Of a stretch of 64,000 bases of DNA, positions 20,797 to 31,314 are shown piece after piece. The notes under the pieces are model-generated. The model was not told where the DNA came from and searched no databases. It was given only the letters and a program-made list of their open reading frames with translations. The first letter of the stretch is position 1; every line of letters starts with the position of its first letter. The translations under genes and the position numbers were made by a program. Source of the stretch: a virus; IMG/VR virus record IMGVR_UViG_3300027741_000020; one strand, 5' to 3'.

Positions 20797-22024
20797 CGAA
20801 TTTTCAAAAAAATGTATAGCCAATGATGAGTGCTTAGCATGTGGTAGTTCAACTAATCTAAAAACGATTATTGATTTAGGCAAACAGCCATTGGCAAATG
20901 ATTATCATAAAGGCGATTTATTGGATGAATATCCTTTAAAATTAAATCTATGTACCAATTGCTATCATTTACAATTAAGCCATGCGGTAAATCCTGATTT
21001 AATGTTTAAAAATTATCTTTATGTAAGTGGTACAACAAAAACTTTGAAAGATTATTTTGATTTCTTTGCAAAAATAACACTTGAGCAAGTTCCAAATGCA
21101 AAAAAAGTTTTAGATATTGCTTGCAATGATGGAACTCAATTAGATTCATATAAGAGATTGGGATTGGAAACTTATGGAATAGACCCTGCTGAAAATTTAT
21201 ATAATGACTCCGTAGAAAAAGGCCACAATATAATTTGCGATTACTTTAATACCGTAACAGTAAAAAAGCTTGAAGATACTAAATTTGATATTATTACAGC
21301 ACAAAATGTTTTTGCTCATACTAGGTTTACATATGATTTTCTAAAAGCATGTTCAGAAATATTAGCTACCGATGGGAAGTTGTTTATACAAACTTCTCAA
21401 GCAAATATGGTAATAAATAATGAATTTGATACAATATATCACGAACACTTATCTTTTTTTAATATCAATTCAATGATGACTTTAGTTAAACGAGCCGGAT
21501 TGAATCTGGTTGATGTAAAAAAGACAGATATACATGGAACTAGCTATGTATTCATTATTTCTCATAAAAACGAAATATCTGATAATTTACATATTCAATA
21601 TGAAAATGAAAAAGCAAATGGTCTTTATAACATTCTTACATATCCTGAATATTCAATGAAATGCTATAAAGCAGCTTTCTCATTAAAGCAAAGATTATTA
21701 GAGTTTAAAAATGATGGATATACATTAATAGGGTATGGCGCTGCAGCGAAAGGAAATACTTTACTAAATTTTACAAAAATTGAACTTGATTGTATAATAG
21801 ATGATAATCCATTAAAACAAGGATTATTAACGCCTGGTATGGATATACCCATATACAATCCTTCTTATTTAGAAGAATTGGATAAAACCGCAAAAGTTGT
21901 ATTTGTTCCACTTGCTTGGAATTTTTTCAATGAAATTTGTAAAAGGATTAAGCAAAAAAGAAACATATCCGATGATTTATTCATACAATATTTTCCAGAA
22001 TTTTTTATACAAAAAATTAATTAA
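20789..22024 (+). CDS. NDP-hexose C-methyltransferase
   Basis: Zn ribbon CLACG/CTNC; DIACNDG; DTIYHEHLSFF; GYGAAAKGNTLLN. Confidence 0.9.
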   Translation: MFNEFSKKCIANDECLACGSSTNLKTIIDLGKQPLANDYHKGDLLDEYPLKLNLCTNCYHLQLSHAVNPDLMFKNYLYVSGTTKTLKDYFDFFAKITLEQVPNAKKVLDIACNDGTQLDSYKRLGLETYGIDPAENLYNDSVEKGHNIICDYFNTVTVKKLEDTKFDIITAQNVFAHTRFTYDFLKACSEILATDGKLFIQTSQANMVINNEFDTIYHEHLSFFNINSMMTLVKRAGLNLVDVKKTDIHGTSYVFIISHKNEISDNLHIQYENEKANGLYNILTYPEYSMKCYKAAFSLKQRLLEFKNDGYTLIGYGAAAKGNTLLNFTKIELDCIIDDNPLKQGLLTPGMDIPIYNPSYLEELDKTAKVVFVPLAWNFFNEICKRIKQKRNISDDLFIQYFPEFFIQKIN

Positions 22025-22030
22025 TAAAAA

Positions 22031-22792
22031 ATGAAAAAAACAATTATAAGTCACTTCTATAATGAAGAATATTTGTTACCACACTGGTTAAAATATCATA
22101 AAAAATATTTTGATTATGGTATTCTAATTGATTATAACTCCACAGATAGAAGCGTTGAAATAATAAAAGAAATATGTCCAGATTGGAAGGTTGTTACAAG
22201 TCGAAATTCTTATTTTGAAGCCGTTGCTGTAGATTCCGAAGTAAGCGAATTAGAATCGGAAATTGATGGATTTAAAATATGTTTAAATACTACTGAATTT
22301 TTATTAGGCAAATACGATATATTGAATTATATAACTAATCCAACACAATTCATAATACCACAATATCTTATGGTAGATATGCCAGATACGGAATTTACTG
22401 AAATTAAAGAAGATTTGATTAAAGAACGCCATTGGGGACAAAGCCCTTTTGAAAACGGATTTTATAGATTTGGTAGGTCCATGCATAATTTTAATTTAGA
22501 TTATGTAAAATATTTGGGTGGCGCTGGTAGGCATTTTAATACACCACAAAATCAACATATATACAAACCATATACAACCGATTTTGCTATTTTATATTAT
22601 GGATATTGCCCATTAAACGAAATAACTTTAAAAAGAAAATTATCTTTTAAAAGTAAATTAAATCCAAATTCTAATCCAGGAGATGATTTAGACCATAAAC
22701 GAACTAGAGAACAATTTATAGATTTTAATGTAAACGCACGTCCAACTGCCAAAAATTTATCCGATTTAATAAATCATTACTTAAATAATTAA
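22031..22792 (+). CDS. GT2-like glycosyltransferase
   Basis: HFYNEEYLLPHWLKYH; DYNSTD. Confidence 0.75.
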   Translation: MKKTIISHFYNEEYLLPHWLKYHKKYFDYGILIDYNSTDRSVEIIKEICPDWKVVTSRNSYFEAVAVDSEVSELESEIDGFKICLNTTEFLLGKYDILNYITNPTQFIIPQYLMVDMPDTEFTEIKEDLIKERHWGQSPFENGFYRFGRSMHNFNLDYVKYLGGAGRHFNTPQNQHIYKPYTTDFAILYYGYCPLNEITLKRKLSFKSKLNPNSNPGDDLDHKRTREQFIDFNVNARPTAKNLSDLINHYLNN

Positions 22793-22807
22793 ATTAAATA
22801 TATAAAA

Positions 22808-23677
22808 ATGAATGAAATATACTCAACAGCAAATTTAGGTGGAGGCCTCGGAGCTCAACTATTCCAAATAGCGCATGCTTGTGCTCAAGGTTGGAAATAT
22901 GGTATAGAGCCTGCGTTTTCTACTAAATTATACCTATCTTATAGTTATCAACCCGATATGTGGCCACAGCATTTTATAAATAATGTTTATAGAAATTTAA
23001 AATTTGTAGATGATATAGGTGATTATGTTTTACTTGAAGAAGATAGTTTCAATTATAATAAATTTATAAATCAAAATATAAATTTTGAAAAAACAGTTTT
23101 ATTTAGGGGTTACTTTGAAAGCTGGAAAAACTTTTTGGGATATGATGAAAAAATAAAAGATACATTTGGACCAACAAATGAGTTTATAGAAAAAGCAAAC
23201 ATATTATATCCTGAAATTCAAAGTCGAAAAACAGTATCAATGCACATTCGTAGAGGTGATTTTTTTAATGTTTCACATATATTGCCTGTTACTGATATTT
23301 CTTACTTTGAGGAATGTATAAGTAATATTGGGGAATACGATAATTTGTTAATATTTTCAAATGATAAGGCATACGCAAATACATTGAATTTTAAAAATAT
23401 GAGGATTGTTTCTGGATTAGAGAATTATGAAGAAATGTGGCTAATGAGTATGTGTAATACTAATATTATATCAAACTCAACATACAGCTGGTGGGCTCAG
23501 TTCTTAAATAAAAATAAAAATAAATCTACATATGCGCCAAGTATATGGTTCGGACCATCGGGTCCAGGTACATGGAGTGGTGAAACGCCTGGAGCACCAT
23601 ATGATAGTATATATGAACCCGATTGGAATGTAATAGATACTAGATTTGAAAATGGATATATCGTTAGAAATAAATAA
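22808..23677 (+). CDS. GT11 alpha-1,2-fucosyl/colitosyltransferase-like
   Basis: GGLGAQLFQIA; SMHIRRGDF; ISNSTYSWWA. Confidence 0.9.
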   Translation: MNEIYSTANLGGGLGAQLFQIAHACAQGWKYGIEPAFSTKLYLSYSYQPDMWPQHFINNVYRNLKFVDDIGDYVLLEEDSFNYNKFINQNINFEKTVLFRGYFESWKNFLGYDEKIKDTFGPTNEFIEKANILYPEIQSRKTVSMHIRRGDFFNVSHILPVTDISYFEECISNIGEYDNLLIFSNDKAYANTLNFKNMRIVSGLENYEEMWLMSMCNTNIISNSTYSWWAQFLNKNKNKSTYAPSIWFGPSGPGTWSGETPGAPYDSIYEPDWNVIDTRFENGYIVRNK

Positions 23678-23679
23678 TT

Positions 23680-24591
23680 ATGCAATATAAAAAAATATTA
23701 GTTACAGGCGGAACTGGCCTTGTTGGTAAATCTTTAAAAAATATTTTACCAGATGCAATTTATTTATCATCAAAAGATTGTAATTTAACTTCAAAGAAAG
23801 AAATTGATAATCTATTATATCGTTATGAGCCCGATATGGTTATACATTTAGCAGCAAAGGTTGGGGGTATACTCGATAATATAAAATATCCAGTTCAATA
23901 TTTCAATGAAAATATTTTAATGAATACATTATTATTAGAGTCTGTATATGAATTTGGCATAGAAAGATTTATAGGAATATTAAGTAGTTGTATTTATCCG
24001 GATATTGTTGATTCGTATCCAATGACAGAAAGTGTACTTCATTCCGGCCCACCAACTCCGACTAATTTTTCATACGCATATGCTAAAAGATGCTTAGCAG
24101 TTCAAACCGATGCATATAATAAGCAATATGGTTTAAATTATCAATACCTCATACCTTGCAATTTATATGGCGAATATGATAAGTATGGTGATAACAGTCA
24201 CTTTGTAGCATCTCTCATTAAAAAAATTTATATTGCTAAAAAAACTAATCAGAGCAGTATAATATTATTTGGTACAGGGAATCCTTTAAGACAATTTATG
24301 CATGCGGATGATTTGGCATATGTTATAAAATATTGTATGGAAAATGGAATATATGATAATATGAACGTTGCCACAAATGAAATACTTTCAATAAGAGAAA
24401 TAGCTAACATTGCTTTAGAAGCTTGCAATATGAATGATTTAGAAATAAAATTTGATACAAACTTACCTGATGGGCAATATCAAAAAGATATATCAATAGA
24501 ATTATTGAAAAAAGTTATTCCAAATTTTAATCCATTATCTTTATTTAATGGGATTAAAAAAACATATAATAATATTAATTTGGAATTTTAA
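23680..24591 (+). CDS. fcl: GDP-L-fucose synthase / ColC-like epimerase-reductase
   Basis: TGGTGLVG, HLAAKVGG, SSCIYP, YAYAKR, PCNLYG, RQFMHADD. Confidence 0.9.
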   Translation: MQYKKILVTGGTGLVGKSLKNILPDAIYLSSKDCNLTSKKEIDNLLYRYEPDMVIHLAAKVGGILDNIKYPVQYFNENILMNTLLLESVYEFGIERFIGILSSCIYPDIVDSYPMTESVLHSGPPTPTNFSYAYAKRCLAVQTDAYNKQYGLNYQYLIPCNLYGEYDKYGDNSHFVASLIKKIYIAKKTNQSSIILFGTGNPLRQFMHADDLAYVIKYCMENGIYDNMNVATNEILSIREIANIALEACNMNDLEIKFDTNLPDGQYQKDISIELLKKVIPNFNPLSLFNGIKKTYNNINLEF

Positions 24592-24614
24592 AAAATTATT
24601 CATATATTTGTGTT

Positions 24615-25766
24615 ATGATAAAACTAGTTAGTGATACTATTGATAAAAACGATATATCGGCATTAATTGAATGGTTATCGGCCGATGAAATGCCTAGATT
24701 AACAAAAGGTAATTTAACTGTTGAATTGGAAAAAAAGTGGGCAGAAAAAATAGGAACAAAATATTCCGTATTTGTAAATTCAGGCTCTTCTGCCATTCTT
24801 TTAATGCTTGCTGCTTTAAAGCAATTTAAAATTTTAAAGAATAATGTAATAATAGCTCCAGCTTTAAGTTGGGCGACTGATGTCAGTTCACCAATGCTAT
24901 TAGATTATAAAACATATTTGTGCGATTGCAATTTGGAAGATTTATCATGCGATTTGAATCATTTAGAAGAATTATTTATAAAGCATAAACCATCGGTTTT
25001 TATATCAGTATGTCCATTAGGATTAGTTCCTGATATGGATTCGCTGATAAATTTATGTGAAAAATATGAAGTTATCTTATTAGAGGATGTGTGTGAATCA
25101 ATGGGGTCAAAATATAATAAAAAATATTTAGGAGCATTTGGATTTGCTTCTGTATTTTCAACATATTTTGGACATCATTTGAGTACAATAGAGGGCGGAT
25201 TTATAAATACAAATGATGAAGAATTTTATTATATGTTATTAATGATGCGAAGTCATGGTTGGGATAGAGATTTACCAAAATTTAAGCAAGATTATTTGAG
25301 AAAACGATACAATGTTGATGAATTTGAATCATTGTATTGCTTTTACGTTCCTGGTTTAAATGTGAGGTCTACCGATTTACAAGCCTTTATAGGATTAAGG
25401 GCAATTGATAAACTTGATTCGTATTCTTTATTAAGAAACAAAAATTTTAACTATTATAATTCTTTGATTAAAAATAATGAACTCAATTTAAGAGTAAAAA
25501 ATGAAGATTTTATATCAAATTTTGCATATCCTATTGTATCGTATAAGAGAAATGAAATTATAAAATCCTTAATGTTAGAAAATGTGGAAGTTAGACCACT
25601 AATAGCTGGTAATATTGCGAATAAACCATTTTGGTATAACGTTAATGGAAATTCAAATGATTTACATAATGCCAATTTAATTGATAAGTATGGGTTTTAT
25701 ATACCAAATCATCATTACTTAACAAATTTAGAAATTGAAACAATAGCAAATATTATTAATAATTAA
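24615..25766 (+). CDS. colD: ColD-like GDP-4-keto-6-deoxymannose 3-dehydratase (DegT fold)
   Basis: FSTYFGHHLSTIEGG has His at the position of the catalytic Lys; RSHGW motif. Confidence 0.8.
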   Translation: MIKLVSDTIDKNDISALIEWLSADEMPRLTKGNLTVELEKKWAEKIGTKYSVFVNSGSSAILLMLAALKQFKILKNNVIIAPALSWATDVSSPMLLDYKTYLCDCNLEDLSCDLNHLEELFIKHKPSVFISVCPLGLVPDMDSLINLCEKYEVILLEDVCESMGSKYNKKYLGAFGFASVFSTYFGHHLSTIEGGFINTNDEEFYYMLLMMRSHGWDRDLPKFKQDYLRKRYNVDEFESLYCFYVPGLNVRSTDLQAFIGLRAIDKLDSYSLLRNKNFNYYNSLIKNNELNLRVKNEDFISNFAYPIVSYKRNEIIKSLMLENVEVRPLIAGNIANKPFWYNVNGNSNDLHNANLIDKYGFYIPNHHYLTNLEIETIANIINN

Positions 25767-25768
25767 AA

Positions 25769-26485
25769 ATGAAAATAGGACTTAATTTAACCGGAGTATC
25801 TTATAATGATGGTAGTATAGTAGAACGATACAGAAACTATGTGGATTCATTGGAAGGATTTACAAATAATATAATCACACCATTAATAGAAGATGGGCAC
25901 GATTTATCAACTTACATATTTACATATGATAGTATTAAAAAGAATGATATTTTAAAAGCGTATCCAAACATAAAAAAATCAACATTTGTAGAGGAGAATT
26001 ATAATAAATTTATGGGTAATATAGATTTACCAACGGATTTATTCAAAATGCAGGCACTAACTTATATTAATAGTTTAAATCAATTAATTGGTGAAGATTT
26101 GGATGTTGTAGTTTCTACTAGGTTTGATATGTTCTTTTTAAAAAATCCATTTAAAATTTATAATTACGATTTTACAAAATGTAATTTTTTATGGAGAGAA
26201 CCGGAGTATCACGATTTACCAATAGTAAATGATACATTCATTGTATTTCCACATTCTATGGTACAAACTATGATTGACTGCATTATAGAAATGAAAATAG
26301 TGCCACCAAGAGGCGTTAATGTAGGATTGCATAACTTTTATATTCCACTCGTTAATAGAGTAGGCAAAGAGCAAGTACAATGGCTAGATGACCGTTTTAT
26401 TGGAGGGCTAAATGATAGCAGAACACCGTATGCAAATGACTTATATAAAGTATTGCGTAGTGATGATTATGGTAAAAAATTTTAA
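25769..26485 (+). CDS. Hypothetical protein in glycan island
   Basis: 238-aa ORF; STRFD motif. Confidence 0.75.
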   Translation: MKIGLNLTGVSYNDGSIVERYRNYVDSLEGFTNNIITPLIEDGHDLSTYIFTYDSIKKNDILKAYPNIKKSTFVEENYNKFMGNIDLPTDLFKMQALTYINSLNQLIGEDLDVVVSTRFDMFFLKNPFKIYNYDFTKCNFLWREPEYHDLPIVNDTFIVFPHSMVQTMIDCIIEMKIVPPRGVNVGLHNFYIPLVNRVGKEQVQWLDDRFIGGLNDSRTPYANDLYKVLRSDDYGKKF

Positions 26486-26495
26486 AATAAATTAT

Positions 26496-27281
26496 ATGGA
26501 AAAAATAATTAGCGCATACATATGGGCTTGGACGAATTATGAAGCAGGAGATAAGGCAATTGGAACATTGAAAAAATATTACCCAGATTCCGATATTTTT
26601 ATAAATGTAGATTATGATGGGGATGTTGAAAATTATAAAAAGGTAGCAGAAAAATATAAAGCAGAACTTACAGTTAATAATTTTCAAGTAGGATATTGTG
26701 GTGATTTTGGCGATGTAATAGTTGGAAAACCATGTTGGACTAGGGAAGAAACTTTTGAATGGATACGTGGGTTGTATGAGGCTTGTAAAAAATGTACTAC
26801 AAAGTATATTATGATTCTAGAAGAAGATAATTATCTTTTAAAAGAATTATCTATATTAAATACGGATTTTTCAATGGCAATACATGCATCCGCACCATCG
26901 GCAACTGGAACATATCGCCCTAATTATTTACCAAATGAATTTATGTTGTATTCTTATAATTTGGGAGGATTAGCCAGCGCAATCACATATGGAGCTGGTG
27001 GTGGTTGCATTTTTAAACCAGATGAGTTTGTAAAATCTTGGGAAAAATGTAGAGAACCACTTTGGAACGATTATGATACTTTAAAAAGTATTAACAAAAT
27101 AATTGGATGGCAGGATTTTATAGTTCAATTTGTGATGATGATTGGAGGTTATGATCTTATTGAAAATTTATATACAGCACAGCCATGGGAAGACCCAAAT
27201 TGGTTAGGCGGAAAAAATTATCTTGGACAAGAATACGAAATGGTATGTGGATTAAAAGAACACTCAATAATTAAATTATAA
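26496..27281 (+). CDS. GT-A-like hypothetical protein
   Basis: IMILEEDNY acidic motif; ATG at 26496 preferred. Confidence 0.6.
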   Translation: MEKIISAYIWAWTNYEAGDKAIGTLKKYYPDSDIFINVDYDGDVENYKKVAEKYKAELTVNNFQVGYCGDFGDVIVGKPCWTREETFEWIRGLYEACKKCTTKYIMILEEDNYLLKELSILNTDFSMAIHASAPSATGTYRPNYLPNEFMLYSYNLGGLASAITYGAGGGCIFKPDEFVKSWEKCREPLWNDYDTLKSINKIIGWQDFIVQFVMMIGGYDLIENLYTAQPWEDPNWLGGKNYLGQEYEMVCGLKEHSIIKL

Positions 27282-27285
27282 GTTT

Positions 27286-28137
27286 ATGAAAGACGTAGTA
27301 TTAGGTTGTATAACAAATTATACATTTGATAAAATAGAAATATTTATTAATTCATTAGAAAAATCAGGCTTTGACGGATATAAAGTAATGATTGTCTATA
27401 ATGTACCATTTTCAACCGTTGATGAATTGCGTAAACGTGGTTGGATAGTTGTTGGGTTTAACCGTGATGAGGTAAATCAATGGTATACATATAAAGATAA
27501 TTTTAGAATAATTTGCGATAGGCAATTGCATTATTATCAATCATTACAATCTCTAAATGAAGAATATGGCGATTTGAGGTATGTAATAGCTTGTGACCCA
27601 CGCGATGTAATATTTCAGCAAAATCCATCTATTTGGATTGAGAATAACATAGGAGATAAAAAAATAAATGTTGGATCTGAAAGCTTAAAGTATAAACACG
27701 AAGAGTGGGGTAAAAATAATTTAATTGAAAGCTTTGGTGATTTTGTATATGAACGTTGTCAAGATAATTTAATTTATAATTGTGGAACTGTAAGTGGAGA
27801 ATGGAAAATAATGAGTGAATTATTTTTAAATATATATCTTATGTGTATAGGCAGCTCAAATGAAACACCAGACCAAGCCGCACTAAATACTCTATTATCG
27901 TTTGATGTATATAAATCGGTTACAAGATTTACAAACTCCGAAGAAGCTTGGGCATGCCAAGCCGGTACAACCGTAGATGCCAAAGTAGTATCAATTAATA
28001 AGAATAACTTAGTAGAACCACAACCATATTTAGATGGCGACATTGTTAAAACAAGCACGGGTATACCATTTACATTAATACATCAATACGATAGAGTTCC
28101 TGAATGGAAATCGGTATTAGAGGCTAAATATAAATAA
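27286..28137 (+). CDS. GT-A fold glycosyltransferase-like protein
   Basis: DPRDVIFQ, NCGT, DQAALN, HQYDR. Confidence 0.75.
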   Translation: MKDVVLGCITNYTFDKIEIFINSLEKSGFDGYKVMIVYNVPFSTVDELRKRGWIVVGFNRDEVNQWYTYKDNFRIICDRQLHYYQSLQSLNEEYGDLRYVIACDPRDVIFQQNPSIWIENNIGDKKINVGSESLKYKHEEWGKNNLIESFGDFVYERCQDNLIYNCGTVSGEWKIMSELFLNIYLMCIGSSNETPDQAALNTLLSFDVYKSVTRFTNSEEAWACQAGTTVDAKVVSINKNNLVEPQPYLDGDIVKTSTGIPFTLIHQYDRVPEWKSVLEAKYK

Positions 28138-28140
28138 GTT

Positions 28141-28632
28141 ATGATTGTAGGTACAGGCGATATAGCATCAATTTTAAATGATAGAGATGGAATAATATTC
28201 TTCGCATCAGGAGTTTCAAATAGCTCGGAAACAACTGAATCTGAATTTAAAAGAGAATTGGATTTGATATCTAAACAAGATAAATCAAAATGTATATTCT
28301 ATTTCAGTTCAATAGCAATTGATAATAACGAAAAATATGAAATAAGTAAATACTTACAACATAAAAAGCAAATGGAAGATTACATAAAGGATAATTTTCA
28401 AAATTATAATATAATACGAATAGGAAACATTATGTGGGGTAGTAATCCAAATACATTTTTAAATTATTTAAAAAATAAAATTAAAAATAATGAATCAGTT
28501 TATATATCGGATGAATATAAATTTATGATTAATAAAGAGCAATTGTTAGCATTGACTGATAATCTACCAATAATAGCACAAAACCAATTAAGTATTTTTG
28601 GTAAAATGATAAAAGTAAAAGATTTAATATGA
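28141..28632 (+). CDS. Short Rossmann-fold (epimerase-like) protein
   Basis: MIVGTGDIA; FFASGVSNS; YFSS; YLQHK. Confidence 0.7.
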   Translation: MIVGTGDIASILNDRDGIIFFASGVSNSSETTESEFKRELDLISKQDKSKCIFYFSSIAIDNNEKYEISKYLQHKKQMEDYIKDNFQNYNIIRIGNIMWGSNPNTFLNYLKNKIKNNESVYISDEYKFMINKEQLLALTDNLPIIAQNQLSIFGKMIKVKDLI

Positions 28633-29516
28633 AAGGAGTTATAACAATATTTTGTCTACCACAAGAGTTGGAAGATTTGGCATTAACATTAAACGGATTA
28701 AAAAGAAATTCAGTATTTTTAGATGATAGTATTAATTTTAGAGTTGAAATAACGATGTGCCTTTCGGATGAATTGACTGATTGGAATAAGACACGGTTGC
28801 CAAAAGAATATATTAAAGATAGGACTATTGAATTGGTTGAAAAGTATTTGGATTGGTGTGAATGGGAGTTGATATGCGATTCCAACAATATATTGGGGTG
28901 CGTATCGCAAAGACGCTATAGTTTAGAAAACAATCCAGATGCTGATTTCTTTATATGGCTAGATACTGATATGTTTTTCAAAGATACAACACTACATTAT
29001 ATAACCGATACATACAAATTAGCAAAAGGCAATGGATTGGATATGGTTGTAGTAACTCCAGAATTTGTAAAACAATGGGATGATACTTGGGATGTTATTG
29101 TTAATAAGAATTATCATTTCGCACCAACTGATTACTATAAAACAACCAATATTCAAAAAGACTCCCTATTGAGTTCGGATGAAATTGAAATATACGAAAT
29201 TCCTACATTCAAATTTGCGGGTGGCTGGTTTACTTTAATATCAAAATCCATATTGGATAAAACCGGTGTACCAGAATCATTTGGACATTATGGACTTGAA
29301 GATACATTTGTTATGTATTGTTGTCAGATAATGAAACAACGTGGTGAGATTGTATCTCAATTAGTATTATCAAACCTTATAGCAGGTGAGTTGCACAAAA
29401 CTAGAACAAATAATACCATTAAATCTTTTATAGTATCAAAGAATAGAAAAGAAGAATTTAGAAGAATAGCAGAACAAAATTTTAATTTAGAGCTAAATAA
29501 TTTTAGTAATAGATAA
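28629..29516 (+). CDS. GT-A fold glycosyltransferase-like protein
   Basis: FFIWLDTDMF; GHYGLEDTF. Confidence 0.7.
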   Translation: MKGVITIFCLPQELEDLALTLNGLKRNSVFLDDSINFRVEITMCLSDELTDWNKTRLPKEYIKDRTIELVEKYLDWCEWELICDSNNILGCVSQRRYSLENNPDADFFIWLDTDMFFKDTTLHYITDTYKLAKGNGLDMVVVTPEFVKQWDDTWDVIVNKNYHFAPTDYYKTTNIQKDSLLSSDEIEIYEIPTFKFAGGWFTLISKSILDKTGVPESFGHYGLEDTFVMYCCQIMKQRGEIVSQLVLSNLIAGELHKTRTNNTIKSFIVSKNRKEEFRRIAEQNFNLELNNFSNR

Positions 29517-29523
29517 AATGTTT

Positions 29524-29532
29524 ATATTTATA
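29524..29532 (+). promoter_or_regulatory. Putative late promoter motif ATATTTATA
   Basis: Same 9-mer at 36907-15 and 38140-48, variants at 2919 and 33270, each 20-80 nt upstream of a start codon. Confidence 0.45.
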
Positions 29533-29550
29533 GAGGTATAATTATATAAT

Positions 29551-30165
29551 ATGAAATTAGAATTAACTAATCCTAAAATATGGGAAAAACTACAAGAGAA
29601 AAATATTCCAGTATCCCATAAGATTAAAGTTTATGAAAAGTTAGGCGGAGCATATAGACTTGGAGAAAGTAAGGGTGAGCAAGTATTTAATAAACTTACA
29701 GAATTACTAAAATACGCAATAAAAGAAAAAAAAAATAAAATAAACGAATTACTAAGACCAGGCGTACAAGTTTCCGTAACTAGAAACGGAAAAGACTTGG
29801 GAAAGTGGAGCGTAAAAAATTCTACTAATAATCAAGCCGATTTAATGTCACAAGATGGCAATAAGGAGTTGAACCTTAAAGTTATGGATAATGAATATCT
29901 TGACATGGATGGTAACAAATACAATCTTTCACAAATAGGCGAAAATAATATATATGAAAGTGATGATCATGAAGTGAGTATGGCTATGAATTTACTTAAT
30001 GATATAATTAAAAACGCTAATGAACTTAAAGGTAAAATTGGAACAACTGAAATAGATTTACCAGGGTGGGTACAAGACCATATATCGCAATCCCAAAATT
30101 TTATTAACCAAGCAAATACAGGTTATAACGATCCAACTAATAAAGGACAATTAAAATCTAAATAA
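29551..30165 (+). CDS. Hypothetical protein (possible virion cargo)
   Basis: 204-aa ORF after ATATTTATA; INE and IYE sites. Confidence 0.75.
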   Translation: MKLELTNPKIWEKLQEKNIPVSHKIKVYEKLGGAYRLGESKGEQVFNKLTELLKYAIKEKKNKINELLRPGVQVSVTRNGKDLGKWSVKNSTNNQADLMSQDGNKELNLKVMDNEYLDMDGNKYNLSQIGENNIYESDDHEVSMAMNLLNDIIKNANELKGKIGTTEIDLPGWVQDHISQSQNFINQANTGYNDPTNKGQLKSK

Positions 30166-30167
30166 TT

Positions 30168-30491
30168 ATGGCATTAGATAGTAATGTAACTAGTATAATA
30201 ATCACTGCTATAACAATGTTAAGTGGTGGCGCAGCATGGAGATATTATGAAAGAAGAGCCGCACATAAAGAGAAGGATGAAGATTTCATCAGACACGATT
30301 GTCGTGATAGAATTTCTAAATTAGAAGCCCTACTTGAAGCAAGTGCAAAAGAGAAAGATGAACTTCGTAGTTTAATATTACAATTAACGGCGCAAGTAGC
30401 AGAACTACGTGTTAAAGTTGAGTTCCTTACCGATGAAAATGAAAAATTAGAGAAAGGACTTAAAACAACAAAGAAAATATTAAATGGCTAA
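30168..30491 (+). CDS. Single-TM coiled-coil protein
   Basis: N-terminal hydrophobic helix followed by heptad repeats. Confidence 0.75.
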   Translation: MALDSNVTSIIITAITMLSGGAAWRYYERRAAHKEKDEDFIRHDCRDRISKLEALLEASAKEKDELRSLILQLTAQVAELRVKVEFLTDENEKLEKGLKTTKKILNG

Positions 30492-31314
30492 AGAACTATT
30501 AAAAGAATGTATAATCGTTTCAAAGAAATTTGGCAACGATATGGTACTCGCTAAAAATCGTGACAGGGCTTATAAACCACTTATAGAGATAGTACATACC
30601 TTTATAAATGAGGTTGAAGTTGTCTATCTACATGATATAACAACCGACTGGAGCGAGGGTATGAATGAATATGGCATAGGCATTGTCAATTCAGCGTTAA
30701 TGGTTGGATTCGATGAGAAAGAAAAACAATTAGTAGCAAAGACCGGAAAGAAATCGCAGGATGGTCTAAGAATACGTTACGCACTAGGGCAGAAAAAATT
30801 AAAAGATGCAGTTAAATCCGTTGTATTATATGATGGTGGCATTAAGGGACACACATTCCTTGCAGACCCTAATGATTTGATTACTATTGAAATGACATCA
30901 AAGCATAAGGCAATAATTAAAAAGCAAGACCCATCGGAAATATATGTAAGGACAAATCACGGTTTATCTCACCCTGAAGCCGGATATACGGAAGGGCCTG
31001 ATTACAAAAGCTCAGTAATTCGTAGAGCAACTGCAAGAGCAGCTATTGGTCAATTAGAAGATTGGACAAAGGAGTTGGAAGCATTGAGAAAAAACAAATA
31101 CTCACACGACAACCCAAATAATATGACTAGAAATACTGATAAGATGAAAACTACATCACAAATGCAGCTTAATCTTACAAAACGTATATTTACTTTAAAC
31201 TACTTTGGCGATAGAATTGAAGGATTTACTGGTGTTAGAACCGAATTACCTGATGGCTACACACCAAAAATTAAAATAAGAATTAAGGATTTAACTAAAA
31301 CCAAATTTAACTAA
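30484..31314 (+). CDS. Ntn-hydrolase (C45/NRDE-like) with short leader
   Basis: CIIVSKK...VLAKNRDR; EGMNEYGIGIVNS; VRTNHG. Confidence 0.7.
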   Translation: MAKELLKECIIVSKKFGNDMVLAKNRDRAYKPLIEIVHTFINEVEVVYLHDITTDWSEGMNEYGIGIVNSALMVGFDEKEKQLVAKTGKKSQDGLRIRYALGQKKLKDAVKSVVLYDGGIKGHTFLADPNDLITIEMTSKHKAIIKKQDPSEIYVRTNHGLSHPEAGYTEGPDYKSSVIRRATARAAIGQLEDWTKELEALRKNKYSHDNPNNMTRNTDKMKTTSQMQLNLTKRIFTLNYFGDRIEGFTGVRTELPDGYTPKIKIRIKDLTKTKFN

